Shown: positions 5,994 to 13,618, numbered from the stretch's first letter. The stretch: DNA of 64,000 nucleotides from an uncultured virus (IMG/VR IMGVR_UViG_3300027969_000080) (IMGVR_UViG_3300027969_000080:1-64000); one strand, 5' to 3'. Made by a program: numbers and translations. Notes: generated by a model from the letters alone, not told the origin.

Positions 5994-6070
5994 GCGTGAT
6001 TAGTTCAGCATGGAAGAACGCTACCCCGACACGGTAGAGGTCAAAAGTTCGAATCTTTTATCACGCACCA
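5994..6070 (+). tRNA. tRNA-Val(GAC), C at position 33
   Basis: CTACC-CCGACAC-GGTAG arm, CCA. Confidence 0.85.
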
Positions 6071-6088
6071 AGAACAACATAAATATAT

Positions 6089-6167
6089 AGCGGAGTGGGG
6101 GAGTATGGTCGTCCCCGCTAGTCTCATAAGCTAGAGAACGGTGGTTCAAATCCATCCTCCGCATCCA
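6089..6167 (+). tRNA. tRNA-Met(CAT), initiator-like
   Basis: CTCATAA loop, mismatched 1:72 pair (A-A), TTCAAAT T-loop; lacks the three consecutive G-C anticodon-stem pairs. Confidence 0.8.
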
Positions 6168-6172
6168 ATACT

Positions 6173-6409
6173 ATGACAGATTACGTATTAGCTTTTTTAG
6201 CAATGTTCCTTACTGATGTTTTTTACACGTACTACCTAAAGGCAGTGCAAGATGAACAAGCATTAAGAGCAAGTAGCTGGGCAACAATCATATATATTGT
6301 TGCAGCCTTTGCAATCATAGAGTATAATACTAATCATCTGTTATTGATTCCAGCAGCACTTGGTGCGTTTTGCGGCACGTTTGTTGGAATGAAGTTGAGA
6401 AAGAAATAA
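6173..6409 (+). CDS. small membrane protein
   Basis: 78 aa, about 3 hydrophobic segments, GAFCGTFV motif. Confidence 0.7.
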   Translation: MTDYVLAFLAMFLTDVFYTYYLKAVQDEQALRASSWATIIYIVAAFAIIEYNTNHLLLIPAALGAFCGTFVGMKLRKK

Positions 6410-6469
6410 TTCGGAGTGTGGTCGGAGACTAAAAATCTCAATAATTGTCCTCCGAGCATAAATAGATGT

Positions 6470-7051
6470 ATGGAACTCATACAATATCAAAATAATGACG
6501 GGACTTTTACTAGTCCCAAAAACGGAAAAATATATAAATCATTGAAGGCTTTTAGAGCGCATTGGTTTAACAATCCGGCTGGAGCAGGTTTTAAAGGATT
6601 AAATCTTATAAAAAAAGATTGTCAATATTGCTCAAGCAAATATGGATTGTCTAATTTAAAAAGACATGAAGAAAAATGTTATTTGAATCCTAAAAATATA
6701 AGAGAATGCTTACATTGTAGTAAACCTATTAAGGATTATGTAGGTTCAAAGGGCACATGTAGTAGAAGTTGTGCTAACAGCTTTTTTAAAGTAGGTGAGA
6801 ATAATGGAAATTTCAAAGGTGATTCATATCAATTTCTTTGTTTTTCTAATCATAAAAAAGAATGTATAGTGTGTGGAGAAAATAAAATTGTTGCGGTTCA
6901 TCATTACAACGAAAACCACGAGGACAATAGAATTGAAAATTTAGTTCCCTTGTGCCCCACACATCATCAATATATGCATAGTAGATATGCAGAAGAAATT
7001 AGACACATAGTTGATAACTATGTAAATACATTTATACTCCGGTTCGCCTAA
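6470..7051 (+). CDS. HNH homing endonuclease with Zn-finger N-terminus; 3' end overlaps tRNA-Pro
   Basis: CQYC, CLHC, CSRSCAN, CIVCG..VHH..NHEDNRIENLVPLCPTHH. Confidence 0.85.
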   Translation: MELIQYQNNDGTFTSPKNGKIYKSLKAFRAHWFNNPAGAGFKGLNLIKKDCQYCSSKYGLSNLKRHEEKCYLNPKNIRECLHCSKPIKDYVGSKGTCSRSCANSFFKVGENNGNFKGDSYQFLCFSNHKKECIVCGENKIVAVHHYNENHEDNRIENLVPLCPTHHQYMHSRYAEEIRHIVDNYVNTFILRFA

Positions 7052-7115
7052 TCTGGTTATGGCACTTGCTTTGGGAGCAAGAATAATGTGAGTTCAAATC
7101 CCACACTGGAGACCA
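7037..7115 (+). tRNA. tRNA-Pro(TGG)
   Basis: CTTGC-TTTGGGA-GCAAG arm, CCA. Confidence 0.88.
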
Positions 7116-7131
7116 AGTAAAGGAATATGTT

Positions 7132-7320
7132 ATGAGTAAAGGTAGTAGACCAAGACCATATAGTGTTAGTCAAAAAGAATATCTAGATAAGTTTGATGCA
7201 ATCTTTCGCAAGCCCTCACCTAGAGAGATTGAGGATGCCCAAATAGAGCAAGAAGCATTTGACAAGATAGAAGAAAAGATGTATACTGCAAAGATAGAAG
7301 GAGATAAACAATGCAAGTAA
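7132..7320 (+). CDS. hypothetical protein
   Basis: AAGGA RBS, MSKGSRPRP start. Confidence 0.65.
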   Translation: MSKGSRPRPYSVSQKEYLDKFDAIFRKPSPREIEDAQIEQEAFDKIEEKMYTAKIEGDKQCK

Positions 7321-7580
7321 GAGCAAAACATATTTTAGTAGAATCATTGAACACCGCAGTAACTTTAAAAGAAAAGATTGCGATGGGAGAAGATTTTGGT
7401 GCATTAGCAAAACTTCATAGCAAGTGTCCGAGTGGACAGAATGGTGGAGATTTGGGAATGTTTAGTCGTGGACAGATGGTAAAGCCGTTTGAAGATGTTG
7501 CGTTTGGTAGTGATGTTGGCCAAGTAAGTGGCCCAGTACAAACACAATTCGGTTATCATTTGATTCAACGAACAGGATAA
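7311..7580 (+). CDS. ppiC: parvulin-type peptidyl-prolyl isomerase
   Basis: VRAKHILV, SKCPSGQNGGDLG, GQMVKPFE, VQTQFGYHLI. Confidence 0.93.
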   Translation: MQVRAKHILVESLNTAVTLKEKIAMGEDFGALAKLHSKCPSGQNGGDLGMFSRGQMVKPFEDVAFGSDVGQVSGPVQTQFGYHLIQRTG

Positions 7581-7587
7581 AAATTTT

Positions 7588-7662
7588 GCCTCGTTAACTC
7601 AGCGGTAGAGTAGCGCCTTTACACGGCGAATGTCGGCGGTTCAATCCCGTCACGAGGTACCA
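7588..7662 (+). tRNA. tRNA-Val(TAC)
   Basis: CGCC-TTTACAC-GGCG arm, CCA. Confidence 0.92.
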
Positions 7663-7671
7663 GGTTAGTAA

Positions 7672-7745
7672 GCGGGTATGATGTAATGGTAGCTTGTGAC
7701 CTTGCCAAGGTTAGCGTGAGAGTTCGATTCTCTCTACCCGCTCCA
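7672..7745 (+). tRNA. tRNA-Gly(GCC)
   Basis: TGACC-TTGCCAA-GGTTA arm, U73-CCA. Confidence 0.92.
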
Positions 7746-7755
7746 AAGATAAATT

Positions 7756-8310
7756 ATGGCACATCAACAACAATTTGATTTTATTCAAACATTGAAAACA
7801 AAATATCCATCACACTTTGCTAATGCAAAGGTGTTAGAGGTAGGTAGTCTCAATATCAATGGGTCAATACGACAATTCTTCACTGAGTGTGATTACTTGG
7901 GAATTGATGTTGGCCCGGGACTTGATGTTGATTTAGTTTGCGAAGGTCAAAAATTATATCATCCAGATGAAACGTATGATACAGTTGGCAGCTGTGAATG
8001 TTTTGAACACAATCCATATTGGGTAGAGACATTTGTCAATATGCATAGGATGACTAAACGTAATGGTCTAGTGTTTATGTCTTGTGCTACAACAGGTAGA
8101 GCCGAACACGGTACTACTCGTACTAGTCCACAAGATAGTCCATTGACAGTTACGAATGGTTGGGAATATTATAAAAACTTAACCGAACAAGATTTTAGAA
8201 AACATATTTTTTACATGGATATTGACAAAATGTTTAGTGAATATGAATTTATAGTGGGTGCGCCGCATCCCGATTTATATTTCTATGGCATTAAAAAGGA
8301 GATAGTATGA
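7756..8310 (+). CDS. class I SAM-dependent methyltransferase
   Basis: VLEVGS, YLGIDVGPG, YDTVGSCECFEH. Confidence 0.85.
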   Translation: MAHQQQFDFIQTLKTKYPSHFANAKVLEVGSLNINGSIRQFFTECDYLGIDVGPGLDVDLVCEGQKLYHPDETYDTVGSCECFEHNPYWVETFVNMHRMTKRNGLVFMSCATTGRAEHGTTRTSPQDSPLTVTNGWEYYKNLTEQDFRKHIFYMDIDKMFSEYEFIVGAPHPDLYFYGIKKEIV

Positions 8311-8525
8311 CTGAAAGCAGAGCAAGATACACTAGCCAAGAGGCTGTAGAGATGATTGGTAATCGATTTGATATGGTTCTAATCGCTTGCATTAGAGTAA
8401 GGGAACTCAAGCGTGGTCATAGGCCTAAACTTGATAATCCTTTAAAGGCAGGACCCACAGTGGTTGCACTGATGGAAATTGAAAAAGGCCTAGTAGGCCG
8501 AGAATATCTTAAACAAGTAAGATAA
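8307..8525 (+). CDS. rpoZ: RNA polymerase omega subunit homologue
   Basis: ARYT..AVEMIGNRFDMVLIA..RVREL..G and PTVVALMEI..G match the RpoZ consensus. Confidence 0.88.
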   Translation: MTESRARYTSQEAVEMIGNRFDMVLIACIRVRELKRGHRPKLDNPLKAGPTVVALMEIEKGLVGREYLKQVR

Positions 8526-8540
8526 GTTACCCAAAATGTA

Positions 8541-8569
8541 TATACAACAACTGGATGTTGTTGTATAAT
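8541..8569 (+). promoter_or_regulatory. promoter overlapped by a perfect 11-bp inverted repeat
   Basis: TATACA-N17-TATAAT; TATACAACAAC-TGGAT-GTTGTTGTATA. Confidence 0.6.
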
Positions 8570-8587
8570 ACACGTATTGAAGATTAA

Positions 8588-8757
8588 AGGATAGGTTCAG
8601 CAACACTATATTACTATAGGCTGATTTACTTTCTCTGTTATTAACTGGAGCCTGAAAGGGCGTTGAAGGTTGGTAACAATGCGTAAGCAAGGATCGTATT
8701 TCTAGAGGAGTTTCGATAAGTCTCCTCAATAAAAACAAAAAGTAGACAACTATCCTG
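8588..8757 (+). ncRNA. CAGCAA-family RNA 3 (long form)
   Basis: AGGATAG/CTATCCT stem, GTTCAGCAA, inner TTTACTTT/AAAGTAGA stem enclosing hairpins GCCT-GAAA-GGGC and GAGGAG/CTCCTC. Confidence 0.7.
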
Positions 8758-8772
8758 TTATTTTTTATATTT

Positions 8773-8827
8773 AGGATGCTTCCAGCAAATTTTAAACTTT
8801 TATTGAAAAAAAGCAAAAAGCATCCTG
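8773..8827 (+). ncRNA. CAGCAA-family RNA 4
   Basis: AGGATGC/GCATCCT stem, TTCCAGCAA, CTTTT-ATTGAAA-AAAAG hairpin; ends 30 nt before the next ATG. Confidence 0.7.
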
Positions 8828-8857
8828 TTGCATAATACACACAGAAAGGAGAAAACT

Positions 8858-10276
8858 ATGCAATTCGCAAACGCAATTTTAAACCAAGAGGCTCGTACCA
8901 CTAATGGTATGAAGGCTCGTCAATCAACCGCTAACGCATGTGTTGATTTGTTCTATAACATCGGTGCAAGCCGTGGTAAGAACATCATCCCGCAATTCAC
9001 TGCGGCTTATGTAGAAAATGCAGACCTAGCATTGCGTATCGTCCAATGGGCGCGTGATGTTCGTGGTGGTGCAGGTGAACGTGAATTGTTCCGTCAAGTC
9101 ATGTTGCACTTGGAAAAGACTAACCCAGCTGATGCTGTCCGTCTTATGTCTAAGGTGCCAGAACTTGGTCGTTTTGACGATTTGCTAGTTTTCCAAACCA
9201 GCGATATGAAGGCTAATGCCTACACTTTGCTTGGTGACTACTTGCGTCAAAGCAACGGTCTTGCTGCTAAGTGGACTCCACGTAAGGGCGTGATCGCGGC
9301 TGAGATCCGTGACTTCTTCGGTATGACTCCAAAGCAATATCGTAAGACTCTTGTTGGTATGACTACTGTCGTTGAAACACAAATGTGTGCAAATGACTGG
9401 GATAACATCAACTACAGTCACGTTCCAAGTGTAGCGCATAGTCGTTACAAGAAGGCTTTCGGTCGTCATGGTACAACTTATGTTGAGTACATCAACAAGT
9501 TGGTCAAGGGTGAGGCAGGTGTGAAGATCAATGCTAACGCAATCTTCCCACACGATGTGTTGAAGGGCCGTATCACTGGATATGGTTCAGCATTAAACTG
9601 GTCTAAGACCGAGTTGGATGCAATCGAAGCACAATGGAATGCATTGCCTAACTACGTTGGTGACGCTAATGTGTTGCCTCTAGTTGACGTTAGTGGCTCT
9701 ATGACCAGCAAGGCTGGCACAAAGGGTGACACTACTTGCCTAGAAATCGCAGTTAGTTTGGGATTGTATTTTGCTGATAAGAACAAGGGTAAGTTCAAGG
9801 ACTGTTTCTTGACTTTCAGCGACAAGCCAAAGTTGATGAACCTCAAGGGGCCTATCAACAAGAAGATTGACCAAATGGTCAGTTCTGATTGGGGCATGAG
9901 TACAAACCTACATGGTGCGTTCACTCAAATCCTTGACACTGCTGTCAAGAACAAGGTTTCACAAGCAGAAATGCCTGAGACACTGATGATTTTCTCTGAC
10001 ATGCAATTTAACGCTTGCGTTAGGTATGATGACAGTGCGATGGAAATGATTGCTCGTAAGTACGCCGAAGCAGGTTACGATTTGCCTAAGGTAGTTTTCT
10101 GGAACTTGAATAGTAGCGGAAACGCTCCAGTCAAGTTCGACAAGGGCGGTACCGCTCTCGTGTCAGGATTCAGTCCAGCAATCGCTGCTAGCGTATTGGG
10201 TGCAGACCCAGATGCATTCAGCCCAGAGGCTATCATGCTCAAGGCTGTGATGAACAGTCGCTACGATTTGATGTAA
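8858..10276 (+). CDS. DUF2828-like protein: helical TROVE/Ro60-like N-domain plus C-terminal vWA domain
   Basis: TTNG, ARDVRGGAGERELFR, GRFDDL, LAAKWTPR, MIDAS-like DVSGSM, WGMSTN, IFSDMQF, VFWNL; AAGGAG RBS. Confidence 0.8.
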   Translation: MQFANAILNQEARTTNGMKARQSTANACVDLFYNIGASRGKNIIPQFTAAYVENADLALRIVQWARDVRGGAGERELFRQVMLHLEKTNPADAVRLMSKVPELGRFDDLLVFQTSDMKANAYTLLGDYLRQSNGLAAKWTPRKGVIAAEIRDFFGMTPKQYRKTLVGMTTVVETQMCANDWDNINYSHVPSVAHSRYKKAFGRHGTTYVEYINKLVKGEAGVKINANAIFPHDVLKGRITGYGSALNWSKTELDAIEAQWNALPNYVGDANVLPLVDVSGSMTSKAGTKGDTTCLEIAVSLGLYFADKNKGKFKDCFLTFSDKPKLMNLKGPINKKIDQMVSSDWGMSTNLHGAFTQILDTAVKNKVSQAEMPETLMIFSDMQFNACVRYDDSAMEMIARKYAEAGYDLPKVVFWNLNSSGNAPVKFDKGGTALVSGFSPAIAASVLGADPDAFSPEAIMLKAVMNSRYDLM

Positions 10277-10324
10277 CAGTCAATGATTCAAACAATGCCC
10301 GGTTCGTCCGGGCATTGCCATATC

Positions 10325-10353
10325 TTGACAAATAATGGTGAAGGTGATATAAT
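10325..10353 (+). promoter_or_regulatory. sigma70-type promoter
   Basis: TTGACA-N17-TATAAT. Confidence 0.8.
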
Positions 10354-10359
10354 ATGTCT

Positions 10360-10668
10360 ATGCGTAAATTAAGCGAGAACGGAAAAGTAGCAGTATTATA
10401 CAGCCCTGACTTTGGTGCAGGATGGTACACATGGAATCAAGACCATCCAGAGATATTGTTCGACCCTGCAATGGTAAAACTTGTAGAGAAGGGACAGTAT
10501 GATGAATTGGCTACTTATGTAGAATTGAAGTATCCTGGCATATATACAGGTGGATTGAGTAATTTGCAGGTAGAATGGATAGAAGAAGGTAAAAAATTCC
10601 GTGTAGTAGAATACGACGGTGATGAAAGTATACAAGTAGAAGATGATATAGATTGGATGATAGCATAA
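10360..10668 (+). CDS. hypothetical phage protein
   Basis: VAVLYSPDFGAGWYTW...EYDGDE; likely leaderless start. Confidence 0.75.
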   Translation: MRKLSENGKVAVLYSPDFGAGWYTWNQDHPEILFDPAMVKLVEKGQYDELATYVELKYPGIYTGGLSNLQVEWIEEGKKFRVVEYDGDESIQVEDDIDWMIA

Positions 10669-10889
10669 TGTATAAAGTAAAGACAAAAGAACAACAACAA
10701 GAATTTTTATCATTAGATTTGGCTATGGAATATGCCAAGCTAATCAATGAGTTCGTAACCATCAGTGGTGGCGAGTTTGAGATTGTAGGACGATTCGGTG
10801 TCGATAGTGTGATAGATGGAAAGACTCCTGATGGAGTAGCATACACTTGGAACAAGGCAAGCAGAATCGGCCGAGTAAAAAGGAACTAG
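10668..10889 (+). CDS. hypothetical protein
   Basis: TAATG translational coupling to the upstream ORF. Confidence 0.65.
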   Translation: MYKVKTKEQQQEFLSLDLAMEYAKLINEFVTISGGEFEIVGRFGVDSVIDGKTPDGVAYTWNKASRIGRVKRN

Positions 10890-10892
10890 TAT

Positions 10893-11027
10893 ATGGCTAA
10901 TAAAAAACAAGGTAATCTGACAGGTCCACCACAGTGGTGGAAGCACTTAAAAGATTGGAAGCGAGTGTTCTGGAAAACAGAACGACAAGCACAAAAGAAA
11001 GATATCTCTAAAAGAGAAAAGGAATAA
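10893..11027 (+). CDS. small hypothetical protein (44 aa)
   Basis: MANKKQGNLTGPPQWWKHLKDW..., AGGA RBS, fills the operon gap. Confidence 0.6.
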   Translation: MANKKQGNLTGPPQWWKHLKDWKRVFWKTERQAQKKDISKREKE

Positions 11028-11028
11028 T

Positions 11029-11619
11029 ATGCCATCAGTATTTTTAGTTAGTGATACACACTTTGGCCATGCTGGAGTATGTAGATTTACAGAGAGTGAC
11101 GGAGTAACAAAGATTCGCCCATGGACTGATCCAGCGGAGATGGATGAGGAAATGGTCAAACGTTGGAACGAAACTGTTAAGCCAACTGATAAAGTATATC
11201 ACTTAGGTGATGTGGTCATCAACAAAAAAGCATTACCGACGATGGCTCGCTTAAACGGTGATAAAGTATTGATCCGTGGTAATCACGATATCTTCCCTGA
11301 TAGTGAATATCGTAAGTACTTTAGAGAATTACGTGCATACCATGTTATGAATGGAATGATCTTAAGTCATATCCCGATTCATACAGAATCGTTAGGTCGC
11401 TTTGGTGTCAACATTCACGGACACTTACATTCAGCTAGAGTTATGAAATCTGGAAATGCATCTGGAGAGTATGTCACTAAAGTGATTGATCCTAGATATC
11501 ATTGTGTATGTGTTGAGCAAACTGACTTCAAACCTATCTTATTCGAAGATGTTATCAAACGTATCGAAGCCGAAGGTGGTAGTGTTGGATTTCGCAATGG
11601 CAATGGGCCAACGATGTAA
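11029..11619 (+). CDS. calcineurin-like metallophosphoesterase
   Basis: SDTHFGH, YHLGD, RGNHD, LSHIP, NIHGHLH. Confidence 0.93.
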   Translation: MPSVFLVSDTHFGHAGVCRFTESDGVTKIRPWTDPAEMDEEMVKRWNETVKPTDKVYHLGDVVINKKALPTMARLNGDKVLIRGNHDIFPDSEYRKYFRELRAYHVMNGMILSHIPIHTESLGRFGVNIHGHLHSARVMKSGNASGEYVTKVIDPRYHCVCVEQTDFKPILFEDVIKRIEAEGGSVGFRNGNGPTM

Positions 11620-11632
11620 TAGTCGCTAAAAG

Positions 11633-11660
11633 AAAATAGGACCTTCGGGTCCTATTTTTA
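11633..11660 (+). terminator. intrinsic terminator
   Basis: AAAATAGGACC-TTCG-GGTCCTATTTTT. Confidence 0.85.
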
Positions 11661-11706
11661 TGGTTAAAATTTGTGTTTTTATAATATACGCATAAATAAC
11701 ATTATC

Positions 11707-12165
11707 ATGTTTCAATTCATTACAGACCTATCACACACCTTATTAAGTTTTATCAAAGACGATCCTGTTCGTCCTGAGATACCTACAGATTTTAGAGTAA
11801 GCGACGGCAGAGTTGTCGCTGCACTAACTGATGAAGAACAACAACCAGAAGCAATGGTTTGTGTTAGCTTCCATGACTTTGTTCCTGAAGGCATTGAAGA
11901 TTTGAAGAAAACTGCTCAAGTGCCCACAACGGCAATATTCTATACTATCTGGAGTTACAAGTCAGGTAAAGGGGCTGAGTTGTTAATTCAAGCGGTCAAA
12001 GGGATACAGGAGAAATATCCCAGCGTTACAAGATTTGTCACATTGAGTCCTAAATCTAATCTAGCCCGTAGATTCCATCTAAAGAACGGGGCTATTGTTT
12101 TCCGTGAAAACATAGACACTACCAACTACGAATACCTGACTGAGATTCCGCTAACTAATAGTTGA
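11707..12165 (+). CDS. GNAT-fold / malonyl-CoA decarboxylase C-terminal-like protein
   Basis: AIFYTIWS..GKGAELLI..V..I....P.VTRFVTLSP. Confidence 0.55.
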   Translation: MFQFITDLSHTLLSFIKDDPVRPEIPTDFRVSDGRVVAALTDEEQQPEAMVCVSFHDFVPEGIEDLKKTAQVPTTAIFYTIWSYKSGKGAELLIQAVKGIQEKYPSVTRFVTLSPKSNLARRFHLKNGAIVFRENIDTTNYEYLTEIPLTNS

Positions 12166-12216
12166 AAACTATAGTTGCAACAACTATAGTTGCAAAAATT
12201 GATAGTATTCCGTAGC

Positions 12217-12245
12217 TTGACATTAAATGGAATAGGATGTATAAT
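12217..12245 (+). promoter_or_regulatory. sigma70-type promoter
   Basis: TTGACA-N17-TATAAT, preceded by short TAGTTG(C)AA repeats. Confidence 0.8.
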
Positions 12246-12251
12246 ACATCT

Positions 12252-12593
12252 ATGAACAGTCAGAAAGCACCCCGTAAGCGCAGAACAGATCGTAATCAGG
12301 TCCTGTACTATATCCAAGATGTAGTTACACAGGAAACTTATATCGGTTTGACTGCATTGTCATACAAAGGTAATGCGTTTCTTACACTACGCCGTCGTAT
12401 GCAAAAGCATATGCAACGGGCCTTGACTGAGAACAAGAATTGGGGCCTGTCTCGTGCATTGCGTGAACATGGTGCCGAGCGTTTTGTATTCGGTGTGATT
12501 GAGATTGTGCGTGGTAAGCGTCCTGCACATGAGCGTGAGACAGAATTGATTAACACATTGCAACCAGCATTGAACACTTTTGGAGTTAAGTAA
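12252..12593 (+). CDS. GIY-YIG nuclease family protein
   Basis: VLYYI..TYIGLT..RR..KH..ERE..LN. Confidence 0.8.
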   Translation: MNSQKAPRKRRTDRNQVLYYIQDVVTQETYIGLTALSYKGNAFLTLRRRMQKHMQRALTENKNWGLSRALREHGAERFVFGVIEIVRGKRPAHERETELINTLQPALNTFGVK

Positions 12594-12787
12594 TGACTAT
12601 CAATGACGCATACAAATATGCTATGCTTATTCGTAAGCAGGCAAAATTGTATCATAATATTCGTTTTGCCGAAGTAGAGGCAAAGATGAAAGAAGAAGGA
12701 CATCCTGAGGCTGATATCAAGTTAGTTAAGGATTGGATCAATCACTTTGCTAGCGGTAAAGCAAAACCAAAATGGGTAGAACAATGA
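12593..12787 (+). CDS. hypothetical protein
   Basis: translationally coupled ORF. Confidence 0.65.
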   Translation: MTINDAYKYAMLIRKQAKLYHNIRFAEVEAKMKEEGHPEADIKLVKDWINHFASGKAKPKWVEQ

Positions 12788-13041
12788 ACCACAGAATGCA
12801 AGAACTTTATGATCTGGCTGACAAGTTTGCCAAAGAAAATCGTGTACAAAGCATTGATGCCCCAGGCAACAACTATTTTGAATTGTTTCACGAAAAGTTT
12901 GGTGAGTTGATTGTGCGAGACTGCATAGATGTTGCTAAAAACTGGGATGATCAATTGGTAAATTCCAATCTTGTTAAAGAATCAAATGCGGTAGGCATTG
13001 TGGCATATAGAATTGCACGAAGATTTGGAGTTGAAGAATGA
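12784..13041 (+). CDS. hypothetical phage protein
   Basis: ATGA overlap; EKFGELIVRDC..RFGVEE. Confidence 0.7.
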   Translation: MNHRMQELYDLADKFAKENRVQSIDAPGNNYFELFHEKFGELIVRDCIDVAKNWDDQLVNSNLVKESNAVGIVAYRIARRFGVEE

Positions 13042-13325
13042 ACGATTTTATGTATGAACAACAACGGGAATCTATCACCGAAGATTGGGGTGATGAAATA
13101 TCGTTGGCTCTACTTTCAGAAAAATTAAATCTGCCCCGGGTGTCCTACAGGATCTATTATTCCAAGGACAACCTAACTCGCAGAATTTTTATCTTTCGTG
13201 GCAACTGTACACCAGCTGAGACTGCGATAATGTTAGGTTTGGGATTTACTTTTGCTAGTGATGGCGATACAGAAAACATCCCCGATCAACCAGTAGAGGA
13301 AGTAGAAGAGGAAGTCAAAGAATGA
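13038..13325 (+). CDS. hypothetical protein
   Basis: ATGA overlap. Confidence 0.65.
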   Translation: MNDFMYEQQRESITEDWGDEISLALLSEKLNLPRVSYRIYYSKDNLTRRIFIFRGNCTPAETAIMLGLGFTFASDGDTENIPDQPVEEVEEEVKE

Positions 13326-13618
13326 TTGATTACAAATTCATTGGTTGGAAAAATACTGATGGCTCAGACAAGGTGTGGGGTGCCATCTACATGGAAGACA
13401 GAACTAAGATCCGTCCTAAAGTATTGATCTTCTGGGGCCGTCGTGGTAAGAAACTGCAAACCAAGATGGATCGTGAAGGTTGGGACTTAGATAAATTGGT
13501 TCGAGAAAAACAAGGTAAAGGTTATAACACAATTTATGACTATGAACTGAAAACAGTCTATCCAGAATTTGAAAGTGATCTGGAAAAGACCACAATGTGG
13601 GCACTACTTAAACTATGA
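13322..13618 (+). CDS. WGR-domain-like protein
   Basis: SDKVW...FWGRRG...K..KGY. Confidence 0.6.
   Translation: MIDYKFIGWKNTDGSDKVWGAIYMEDRTKIRPKVLIFWGRRGKKLQTKMDREGWDLDKLVREKQGKGYNTIYDYELKTVYPEFESDLEKTTMWALLKL

Noticed and set aside
5558..8827. CAGCAA elements read as a CRISPR mini-array or as terminators
   Set aside because: They are dispersed, variable in length and covary in the stem, with large loops and no proper U-tract.
10297..10319. Terminator after the DUF2828 gene
   Set aside because: Strong hairpin (AATGCCCGG/CCGGGCATT) but no U-tract; it could be a stability hairpin, so it was not called.
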